Of a stretch of DNA of 64,000 nucleotides, positions 56,548-64,000 are shown piece after piece (position 1 is the stretch's first letter; the number at the start of each line of letters is the position of its first letter). The DNA lies in the IMG/VR virus record IMGVR_UViG_3300047655_000013, positions 1,077-65,076 of that record. The stretch is one strand, 5' to 3'. A program made the position numbers and the translations under genes. Under the pieces are notes generated by a model, which was given only the letters and a program-made list of their open reading frames with translations, had not been told where the DNA came from and did not search any database. The stretch is from a virus. Its lineage: Duplodnaviria > Caudoviricetes.

Positions 56548-57353
56548 TACGCCGCCTGCCTGCGGTAGCTGGCCCAATCAAACACCACCAGACGACCGCC
56601 GTTCTCGCGCAAACGGTCAATTGATCGCTCACCGATGAATTCGCCCAGCGCCTCTTTGGCAAGATTGCTGATAACGAGCGTCGGCTTCAATTGCTCGTAC
56701 CGGCCGTTGATGATCTCAAACAGGATCATCTTTTCGGTGTCGCTACCAAACTGCACACCTACTTCGTCCAACACCAGAAGATCGGGATTGACGAACTCGT
56801 TAAGGGCCTGGCGTTCCGTATCGTCGCTACCCTTCGAATAGGTTTCCTTGACCGTGCGCACTGCATTCATGACCGAGACGAAGCGCACACGCAACTTCAT
56901 ATCGAGCACCGCGTTGGCAATGCCAATCGCTAGGTGAGTCTTGCCTGTGCCGACGCCGCCGCAGAAAATCAGGCTTGCGCCATCCTTGTGGGTTTCCTCG
57001 AAGTCCTGCACGTAGCTCCGGGCCACCGCCAATGCGCGCTTGGCACCATCGGTATGCGGCACGAAGTTTTCAATCGTGCGGTCAGCAAAGCGTAGGGGAA
57101 TTTGTGCGGCAGCGATGAGCCGGCGCTTTTCCTGCTGCTCGGCTTCGCGGCGACGCTCGGCGTATTCGGCGTCCTGCCTCGATTTCTGTTCAAGGTCTGC
57201 ACAGGCGCCGCAGCCGCTCCAATCCGTTGCGTTAGGGTGCTTGTACGCCACGTAGTCGCCATGCTTATCGCACGTCGCGGGTTGCGACGGGAACTTAAAA
57301 AGACCCGTCATCCCCAACGCCTTCCCGATAGTCTTGATTTCCGAATCCGCCAT
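56547..57353 (-). CDS. DnaC/IstB-like ATPase (helicase loader)
   Basis: GGVGTGKTHLA, LLVLDEVG, IINGRY, ISN. Confidence 0.9.
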   Translation of the reverse strand: MADSEIKTIGKALGMTGLFKFPSQPATCDKHGDYVAYKHPNATDWSGCGACADLEQKSRQDAEYAERRREAEQQEKRRLIAAAQIPLRFADRTIENFVPHTDGAKRALAVARSYVQDFEETHKDGASLIFCGGVGTGKTHLAIGIANAVLDMKLRVRFVSVMNAVRTVKETYSKGSDDTERQALNEFVNPDLLVLDEVGVQFGSDTEKMILFEIINGRYEQLKPTLVISNLAKEALGEFIGERSIDRLRENGGRLVVFDWASYRRQAA

Positions 57354-58131
57354 GTTTGTTCGCCTTCGATTTGGGTTTCATGCGAGAGTTGATCGCAGCA
57401 GAAATCCACGCTGCAGGTTCAACCGGTTTTTCGCGCATGAATTGCTGTGCAAGCTCCCACGCGCCTTCATCTTTCAACTGCTTGCGAGCGGCACCCATAA
57501 GGGACCGCGCGTTCTTGTCAGGAACGCCGCGCTCAACAAGCCACGGCACGGCAATCTTGAAAATCGCTTCCTCGGCCGTCAGACCTGGAATCTCTTCGCC
57601 GCCTTCCGGTTTTTCTGGCGGCGACGCGTCAGCGTCCGTTACGTCAGTAACGGAAGGGTTTGTAGTTGAAGAAGAAGATGAAGAAGAAGGGGGGGGATTT
57701 TCTCCATCCGTAAGGGGGGTTTTTAAACCCCCCTTATCTTTTGGGGGCCTCCCCCCTTTTTTTCCAAATTCAGCACCTTTTGCACCGTGTTCGGCACCCG
57801 CCTTGCCGCCTTCTGCGCGAACATTGCGAATTCGTTCGTCCTTAACCATGCGCCGGGAGAAGATCCGGCCATCGGAATCACGGCTGAATACGCCTGCGTC
57901 TTCAAGTTCCTGCAATAGCTTCTTGACGCCCTTTTCGGGCTCACCAACGAGACGGGCGAGCTGCGGCACACCCATAGCTCGGCCATTGACCGATAACGTT
58001 CCGTACGGGTCGCATTCATGCATGATGCACATCATCTCGGCCCACAATCCGCGCGAGCACAGGGAACAGCTTTGCAGCGCTGCGTCCTTTCGCCAGTCGG
58101 CGGGATAAAACTGGAAAGCCGGTCGCTTCAT
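57295..58131 (-). CDS. replication initiator protein
   Basis: PAFQFYPADW..D, SRRMV.D; upstream of DnaC-like gene. Confidence 0.8.
   Translation of the reverse strand: MKRPAFQFYPADWRKDAALQSCSLCSRGLWAEMMCIMHECDPYGTLSVNGRAMGVPQLARLVGEPEKGVKKLLQELEDAGVFSRDSDGRIFSRRMVKDERIRNVRAEGGKAGAEHGAKGAEFGKKGGRPPKDKGGLKTPLTDGENPPPSSSSSSSTTNPSVTDVTDADASPPEKPEGGEEIPGLTAEEAIFKIAVPWLVERGVPDKNARSLMGAARKQLKDEGAWELAQQFMREKPVEPAAWISAAINSRMKPKSKANKHGGFGNQDYREGVGDDGSF
57711..57736. repeat. perfect 12-bp inverted repeat in initiator gene, candidate origin element
   Basis: TAAGGGGGGTTT-TT-AAACCCCCCTTA. Confidence 0.55.
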
Positions 58132-58142
58132 TAAAAACTGTC

Positions 58143-58532
58143 CTAAAAAGCTTTCCGCCCAATCATGGTGATCGCGCGCTTCGCCGCGCCAAGCGCTTTC
58201 TTGGCTGCCTTGCGCTCGAGCACGAACTCGTATGCCTTAAGGCAGCAGGCGCAGTTCTCGTAGAGGTATTCACGGATCTCGACATCAGTCATCCAAACCT
58301 GCTGGCCGGCGCCCCATCCATCGTCCTCAACATCGGGCCGGAACGCCTCTGAGAGATGCGTCGGGTCATCGTGATCACCGTACTTCATGCCGCCGTCACC
58401 GATGCCGCATGTCCCGTGCACACCCTTGCAGTAGTGCAGTGCGTCACTGATGGATTTCGTAAGCAGCCTGATTTCCGCGTTGAGGCGAGCGTAGTCCGCG
58501 CAGGCGCGAAGGGCTTTCTGGTCGGAAGTCAT
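58143..58532 (-). CDS. hypothetical protein
   Basis: GGAGG RBS; ATGA overlap. Confidence 0.6.
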   Translation of the reverse strand: MTSDQKALRACADYARLNAEIRLLTKSISDALHYCKGVHGTCGIGDGGMKYGDHDDPTHLSEAFRPDVEDDGWGAGQQVWMTDVEIREYLYENCACCLKAYEFVLERKAAKKALGAAKRAITMIGRKAF

Positions 58533-58693
58533 CGAACCGCCTCCCAAACCGCCATAACCAGACAAGCCACAACAGCCGCTAGGCAGACCAGACCGACATA
58601 CCGATGCTCGAACACTGAGCGGGCAGCCTGGCGTTTCTGGGAGGCTTCCCACTGGGCGCGTTGGAGTTCGGTTGTATTGCCTGTTCGAGTCAT
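58529..58693 (-). CDS. small membrane protein (54 aa)
   Basis: Coupled at both ends; YVGLVCLAAVVACLVMAVW. Confidence 0.5.
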   Translation of the reverse strand: MTRTGNTTELQRAQWEASQKRQAARSVFEHRYVGLVCLAAVVACLVMAVWEAVR

Positions 58694-60330
58694 GAAGCCT
58701 CCGCGAACATGTCGGTTTGCCTAGTAGATTCGATTAGCGCCTGATCGACGCGATCGGCTTCGAATTGAATCCGCGCTTTAGCGATCTCGACGTATTCCGG
58801 CGTCATGTCGATGCCGATGAACCGGAAGCTTTCACGCATAGCGGCCTTCCCTGTGCTGCCCGATCCCATAAAGGGATCGAGGACGGTCCCGCCGGGCGGA
58901 GTCACCAGACGGCACAGATAGGCCATCAGATCAGTCGGCTTGACAGTCGGATGGAAGTTGCCGTTGCGCTTCCGCCAATCAGCCGTTTCGCGATCGCGCA
59001 TCGTTGCTTCCGTTTCGACTGCGGGCGTGTCACTGCCGCCGAGGCCTTCATTTCGATCGGCGCGGGATGCTTTAGCGCAATAAAAAAACCGGGCAGCAGA
59101 GCCGGCATCAAGCCGACGCGCACCGGGCTTCATGGCGAAGTTCGCCCCGCCGTTGTCCGCATACACGCGATCGCGGCTTGGCTCGTGCCCGCGATTCATT
59201 GCGCCATAGACGTTTTGCGTTTTGCGTGCGCCGTCCTGATAACTCACGTCAGCCATCTGGCCGGGCGCATCCGGGAATGCCTCGAGTACTTCGGCCGACC
59301 CGTCATGAATGACGTTGGCGGGCCAACGGCCAATGTCGCTTGGCATCCAGTCCTCAGGACGCTTGTGCATGCGCCAGCCATCCGCCTCAGTCCGATTGCC
59401 AAACGGCTGCGCTTGGCCGGGAATACGGCAGGCATCAATGTTCAGTGCACCAGTACCGAACGCCTCAACGTTCGCTACGACCGTTCCGACCAGCGGCTTG
59501 CGCGCCACACAAATCGGCTCGTGCGCCGGTTTGAGTGCCGTTCCCCAGCCTTCCCATTGGCGCGCGGCATCGGTTGCAGGCGCGGTAATGTCGAATTCAG
59601 CAGCGAAGCCATAGGACTTTTCCTCACCAGCATGCCGGCCGCTACCGCCTGCTATGCCGTTCTCACTGCGCGAGATAACCTCGCGTTCCACCGCCTCGAT
59701 GCTATCGAACGGAAGCCTGAACGTATCGCGGATCAGGTTGAACTGTTCCGGAGTCGGCATGTTCAAACCTAGCTCCCAGTTAGCCACACACCCGGTTAGG
59801 CCACCTGTCTTGCTGGGGAACAGAGAGGCAACCGCTTTCTGTGTAACGCCGTTTGCTTCGCGCCATCCACGAAACCACGGCCCGAACCACGCAACCGACT
59901 TTCCGCCCGCCTTGTCGATCGCCTTGCTCACGTCCATAGACTTCGGAAATCCTGACCCGTACAACCACATGATCTGATCGCGCACTTCGAAGCCCGCGTC
60001 CTCAATGGCGCATGCCATGCGGTGATAGGTCCGCGGACCAGAGAAAGCGAGTAGATGACCACCCGGCTTGAGTACTCGCAGGCATTCCGACCACATTTCG
60101 ACGCGGTGCGCAATGTCGCCGCCGTCCCACACCTTACCCATGAATCCCTTGTCACCGATGCGATGCCGGCCGTGCGGCATGTCCGGGTTGTTCGTGCGAG
60201 CGTGGCCGCCGCGCGATGCCTGCGTCAGGTGATATGGCGGATCCGTTACGATCGAGTCGACCGACGCATCCGCGAACGTCTTGAGCACGTCCATGCAGTC
60301 GCCGCAGTGGAGAGTGAAACACGCACTCAT
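58690..60330 (-). CDS. N6-adenine/N4-cytosine DNA methyltransferase with inserted XRE-like HTH
   Basis: DPPY, HPTVKP, LDPFMGSGSTG (beta order). Confidence 0.9.
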   Translation of the reverse strand: MSACFTLHCGDCMDVLKTFADASVDSIVTDPPYHLTQASRGGHARTNNPDMPHGRHRIGDKGFMGKVWDGGDIAHRVEMWSECLRVLKPGGHLLAFSGPRTYHRMACAIEDAGFEVRDQIMWLYGSGFPKSMDVSKAIDKAGGKSVAWFGPWFRGWREANGVTQKAVASLFPSKTGGLTGCVANWELGLNMPTPEQFNLIRDTFRLPFDSIEAVEREVISRSENGIAGGSGRHAGEEKSYGFAAEFDITAPATDAARQWEGWGTALKPAHEPICVARKPLVGTVVANVEAFGTGALNIDACRIPGQAQPFGNRTEADGWRMHKRPEDWMPSDIGRWPANVIHDGSAEVLEAFPDAPGQMADVSYQDGARKTQNVYGAMNRGHEPSRDRVYADNGGANFAMKPGARRLDAGSAARFFYCAKASRADRNEGLGGSDTPAVETEATMRDRETADWRKRNGNFHPTVKPTDLMAYLCRLVTPPGGTVLDPFMGSGSTGKAAMRESFRFIGIDMTPEYVEIAKARIQFEADRVDQALIESTRQTDMFAEAS

Positions 60331-60391
60331 ACCCACCACCCACAGGCTCTAGCCATAACAGATGGGTAAATGAAGATGTAGAGGGGGAATG

Positions 60392-60811
60392 TCATGCGGC
60401 TCTCCCGAGGATCTTCGCCCGCAACGCTGCAGCCTTCATTTCAGCCTCATGCAGCTCGCGCAGGTCGTCGCTGTAGAGCATTTCCTCTTGATGCGCAATC
60501 CATTGCGTCAAGAGGGTATGACCCACGAGACATTGAAAGCCGGCAATCTTCGTGATCGGAAGGTTCCATATCTTCCCGGCGCGATCGCGGCCGTTCTTGA
60601 TCTTCGAAAACTGGGAGGCCGAGAGCCCGAGGTAGCCCGCATAGGTCTTTTCGAGGAACTTGAAACGGCTCAGTTCGATTGCTTTCCGAACGAGTGCGGA
60701 TTGATCGGAGATCGAGACGACGACCTCCTGATCGACCGTGCGAGGCCGTTCCATGCGGCACATCAGCGGCAAATCTGCCTGACTATCAACAGTTGACACT
60801 TGAGTGGACAC
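60392..60811 (-). CDS. CII-like regulator
   Basis: HTH-like AGYLGLSASQFSKIKNG; downstream of cro. Confidence 0.55.
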   Translation of the reverse strand: MSTQVSTVDSQADLPLMCRMERPRTVDQEVVVSISDQSALVRKAIELSRFKFLEKTYAGYLGLSASQFSKIKNGRDRAGKIWNLPITKIAGFQCLVGHTLLTQWIAHQEEMLYSDDLRELHEAEMKAAALRAKILGRAA

Positions 60812-60886
60812 TCGAAGCTCCGCGAATATAAAGGCGTCACAAGGACGCCAACAAAAATAGGACTACATACCGTGCATCAGAAACCG

Positions 60887-61201
60887 CTACGCCGCCCGCT
60901 CCCGCATCTCTTTAGTCCCGCGATCCGAGGTGCCGCCGGTGGGGGATTGGGCGTCGTCACTGGACTTGATGCGCTCAGCAATTTCAGGCTTCGGTTCGCG
61001 GGGCGGATAATCATCCGGGACTTGAGACCAATCGAAATTAGGCTTGGCGAGTCTGAGGAACTGCACGCGCGGACGCGGCATGCCCTTCGTGCGCCACATC
61101 GAAACGGCGGCGTCAGAGCAATCGCAAAGTTCGGCGACAGCTTTCGTTCCACCGTTTCCGTCGATGATCAGGCTTGCAATAGGGTCGTGTGCTTTGTCCA
61201 T
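60887..61201 (-). CDS. cro: Cro-like regulator
   Basis: IID..GGT.AVAELC.....AVS.WR..G.P; divergent from cI. Confidence 0.8.
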   Translation of the reverse strand: MDKAHDPIASLIIDGNGGTKAVAELCDCSDAAVSMWRTKGMPRPRVQFLRLAKPNFDWSQVPDDYPPREPKPEIAERIKSSDDAQSPTGGTSDRGTKEMRERAA

Positions 61202-61209
61202 GTCTAGAT

Positions 61210-61271
61210 TTAAGCACACTTAAATGCAAAGGTAAAGCACCCTTAAGCGAAAAATAGTTAAGCTACCTTAA
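61210..61271. promoter_or_regulatory. OR: three TTAAG-N4-CTTAA operators
   Basis: 61210-61223, 61233-61246 (1 mismatch), 61258-61271. Confidence 0.85.
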
Positions 61272-62060
61272 ATGAAAACGACAATTACGCGACTGATGCA
61301 TGCGGTCACGGACAGGGAGTCCGCGTGGAACCGGCGCATCCTAAAAAAAGAGCTCGCGCAAGCTGCCGGGGTGACATCTTCAGCCGTTAGTTTCTGGTTG
61401 AACAACGAGGACACCGAACTCAAGGCGGAATGTGTCTTTGGCCTAGCGAAGTTCTTAAGGATTTCAGCCGAGTGGTTGCAGAGCGGCAAGGGCGATATGC
61501 TGGCGGTCCAGCACGATCCAGCTTTTACTGATTCGCTGAACACTGCACCAAAGACGCGCAAGATTGTTAAATCGACGCCTGACGATGCGACTAGCATTAC
61601 GGAAAAGAAGCCTGCTGCGTACGGCAATTTCGACCGTGCTGCGGTGGGATATAGAGAGATCCCCGTAATAAGCTATGTTCAGGCGGGCATGATGACCGAG
61701 GCGATAGACCCATTCTCATTGGGCGATGGTTTTGAAGTTATTACGACAGACCTAGATCTGTCTGGCGGGGCTTTTGGGCTGATCATCAGAGGCCCGTCGA
61801 TGGAGCCCGAGTTCAAGGAGGGCGACAAGGTCATCATTGACCCCGCCGTCTCTGCCCAGCCTGGCGACTTCGTTGTCGCAAAGAATACGCAGGAAGAGGC
61901 GACCTTCAAAAAATACCGGCCGCGCGGCACCAGCGACCGCGGCGAAATGGTGTTCGAGCTTGTGCCGCTCAATGACGACTTTGCCACCCTACATAGCGAG
62001 CGGGACCATCTGCATATCATCGGGGTAATGGTCGAGCACCGTAAGTACCGCCGCCGCTAG
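61272..62060 (+). CDS. cI: CI repressor (HTH plus S24 autoprotease)
   Basis: HTH; VQAG cleavage site, GPSMEP Ser, TFKKY Lys. Confidence 0.93.
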   Translation: MKTTITRLMHAVTDRESAWNRRILKKELAQAAGVTSSAVSFWLNNEDTELKAECVFGLAKFLRISAEWLQSGKGDMLAVQHDPAFTDSLNTAPKTRKIVKSTPDDATSITEKKPAAYGNFDRAAVGYREIPVISYVQAGMMTEAIDPFSLGDGFEVITTDLDLSGGAFGLIIRGPSMEPEFKEGDKVIIDPAVSAQPGDFVVAKNTQEEATFKKYRPRGTSDRGEMVFELVPLNDDFATLHSERDHLHIIGVMVEHRKYRRR

Positions 62061-62080
62061 AAGTCCACACTCCCTTAGCG

Positions 62081-62106
62081 AAGCCAGCCAAGAGCTGGCT
62101 TTTTTT
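62081..62106 (+). terminator. terminator after cI
   Basis: AGCCAGC-CAAGA-GCTGGCT plus T-run. Confidence 0.8.
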
Positions 62107-62117
62107 CATTCACGAAA

Positions 62118-62165
62118 TTAAGCGCACTGAAATTTTGCTTGCGCTTGAAAATTAAGTGTGCTTAA
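62118..62165. promoter_or_regulatory. OL operators / PL region
   Basis: TTAAGCGCACTGAA (62118-62131) and TTAAGTGTGCTTAA (62152-62165). Confidence 0.8.
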
Positions 62166-62218
62166 ATGAATTCCATCGCACCGCACACCCCACCACCAAC
62201 CTACTAGTGGAGATGGAA

Positions 62219-62482
62219 ATGAGCAAGAAGCACGAGCAGCGCACGCGAGCAGAGATTCTCGCCAAGCGGAACCAGCCGATCCAGGAAGTGCGCGTGATCC
62301 GCACGATTCAATCGCCGAAAGGCCCTATCGACGTTCCGCAGTCGACGTCGAGCGAGAAGTTGCGCGCCGCGTTTAACGCCTCGAAGTACATGCCGCACTT
62401 CGGCAATAAACAGCGGGCGAAGTTGATGGCGAAAGCTGCGCAGCCTGAGGCATTCAAGGGCTGGCTATCGGTGACGGCGTAA
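62219..62482 (+). CDS. basic hypothetical protein, first PL gene
   Basis: GGAG RBS; K/R-rich 87 aa. Confidence 0.6.
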   Translation: MSKKHEQRTRAEILAKRNQPIQEVRVIRTIQSPKGPIDVPQSTSSEKLRAAFNASKYMPHFGNKQRAKLMAKAAQPEAFKGWLSVTA

Positions 62483-62751
62483 CCATCATGAACCTTCAGC
62501 AACTAGTTACTTTTGCGACGGACGGTCGTGATCAATGCGATCCTGACCTGAACATTGAGTTGCAGTTCGAGATCAAGCTTAGCCCGGAATTGCGTGGCGA
62601 TCCGTATCCGCTCGAAGTTGCATCTGTGGACTACACGACGAAGGTGATTTTGTTGTATTGACTGTCCGCAGCGAGAAGCGACCGCGCTTCTCAGTGCGAA
62701 TAGCACCGCAGTAGAGGAGCACAGGCGCATGGCGTCGCCTGGTTGGAGCAA

Positions 62752-62762
62752 CGTTCTTTAAC
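62752..62762 (+). promoter_or_regulatory. boxA-like antitermination element
   Basis: CGTTCTTTAAC, one mismatch to CGCTCTTTAAC. Confidence 0.45.
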
Positions 62763-63431
62763 CTGACTAGAAGGCATACCAGTAATGGCGGGGCCAACGC
62801 GCTACCCCGGAAAAGATCAGCGCCTATCAAACCGTGGTGGTTCGGCTAGTGATCCACGGTGAGATTGATAACCGCATGCGTGACCCGGAGCTGGCTCGGC
62901 CAGGAGTGGCCGGGCGCGTATGCAGCAGTATTTCGTGAATGACATTGTGAGGTGCGCAAGCTCTTGGATTAGAGCGCACAAACAGTCGGCCGGGCTGCAT
63001 TCGTTCAAATGCAGCGAACAGCTAGGATGCAGAGAAATCGTCCGAACAAGCATACCGCATATGCGGGGTCGATAGCCGGTTAGCGACCGGCCGCAGCGTC
63101 ATTCACGAAGTGCTGCAGTTTTTACGAAAGCGCGCTGTGCTCCCTGCACAGTAAATCGGCGTAAGGCCGGGTGCCTCGGTGCGACAGCGCCTGACAGCGC
63201 ATAGATCATATCCCTGGACCCCGTTGCGGTATATCTGCGGCGCGGTTTAAAAACCCCGGAAACACCTGTAGATAGCTCCCTGCATAGCGTAGCGCGCTCC
63301 CGTGAAAACTGAATTCCTCGCCCTTGGATATAGGGCATAGCCGCAGTACAGCGAGGGGATGCCGCCCGTCAGGCGGCTTGCTGAATTTATTTCGGCAGTC
63401 AGGTTAGGACTGCAAATGAGAGGAGATCAAA

Positions 63432-64000
63432 GTGAGCGACGAGAAGCAGGAAACGATTGAATCCATCAAGGGTTTTAATTCCGACATGACATGCCGTGGC
63501 TTTCAGTTTGCGGAAGGAGAAACTTACACGCATGCTGGCGAGGCGATTGCGTGCGAATCTGGGTTTCATGCGGTTTCGGGATATCCGCTCGAAGTCCTTC
63601 GCTACTACTCGCCAGCTGGCAGCCGATTTTTCCATGTCGAGCAATCGGGCCAGTTAGCGCGTCACGAAGAAGACTCGAAGGTCGCAAGTACGGTGCTGAA
63701 GATAGGTGCCGAGTTGAGTCTGGCTGGCCTGATCAAATTGGCGGTCGAATACACGACGTCTCGTTGCAAACCGATTGATCCGAAATCGCCGGCGTTTTCC
63801 GACGTCGATAACGGGAGCGCCACGGCAAGCGGCGATAGCGGTGCAGCCACGGCAAGCGGCGATAGCGGTGCAGCCACGGCAAGCGGCGATAGCGGTGCAG
63901 CCACGGCAAGCGGCTCACGCGGTGCAGCCACGGCAAGCGGCTCACGCGGTGCAGCCACGGCAAGCGGCGATAGCGGTGCAGCCACGGCAAGCGGCGATAG
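63432..64000 (+). CDS. phage protein with 9-aa tandem repeats (3' end cut by window edge; not in ORF track)
   Basis: AGGAG RBS, GTG; KGF..DMTCRGFQF..G...C.SGFHA...YPL..YY domain then (ATASGDSGA)n. Confidence 0.85.
   Translation, partial: MSDEKQETIESIKGFNSDMTCRGFQFAEGETYTHAGEAIACESGFHAVSGYPLEVLRYYSPAGSRFFHVEQSGQLARHEEDSKVASTVLKIGAELSLAGLIKLAVEYTTSRCKPIDPKSPAFSDVDNGSATASGDSGAATASGDSGAATASGDSGAATASGSRGAATASGSRGAATASGDSGAATASGD
63819..64000 (+). repeat. 27-bp tandem repeat, at least 6.7 units
   Basis: GCCACGGCAAGCGGCGATAGCGGTGCA; units 4-5 carry TCACGC instead of GATAGC. Confidence 0.95.

Noticed and set aside
63819-64000. 27-bp repeats as a CRISPR array
   Set aside because: Tandem with no spacers; encode a 9-aa repeat

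Overview
The window is almost entirely one temperate tailed phage, probably near-complete and circularly permuted. Host is inferred to be Burkholderiaceae-like; no host genes are visible. Gene order on the + strand: early-left operon (HNH, acyl carrier protein, recombination genes, a decayed diversity-generating retroelement, methylase, mosaic hypothetical proteins, intein-containing RtcB), then xis, int and an apparently intact attP (~17.5-17.7 kb), then a small accessory cluster whose first gene has an SOS box. The - strand carries lysis genes, contractile tail and baseplate, head, portal and terminase, a tRNA-Gly inside a cluster of structured non-coding elements, Q-like antiterminator, nin genes, replication genes, methylase, cII-like and cro. 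cI with TTAAG-N4-CTTAA operators and the start of the PL operon close the window. Most notable: (1) a DGR whose avd, TR and RT N-terminus appear replaced by an HNH cassette, leaving a frozen variable gene; (2) a three-way-junction/pseudoknot RNA motif with a compensatory change, present after both the major capsid and tail tube genes; (3) a late non-coding RNA cluster with kissing-loop and CCA-ended elements; (4) RtcB with an HNH intein at its active-site Cys; (5) a lipoprotein plus lipase where spanins are expected; (6) a Nudix domain fused to the prohead protease. All family assignments come from motif recognition by eye, not from database searches.
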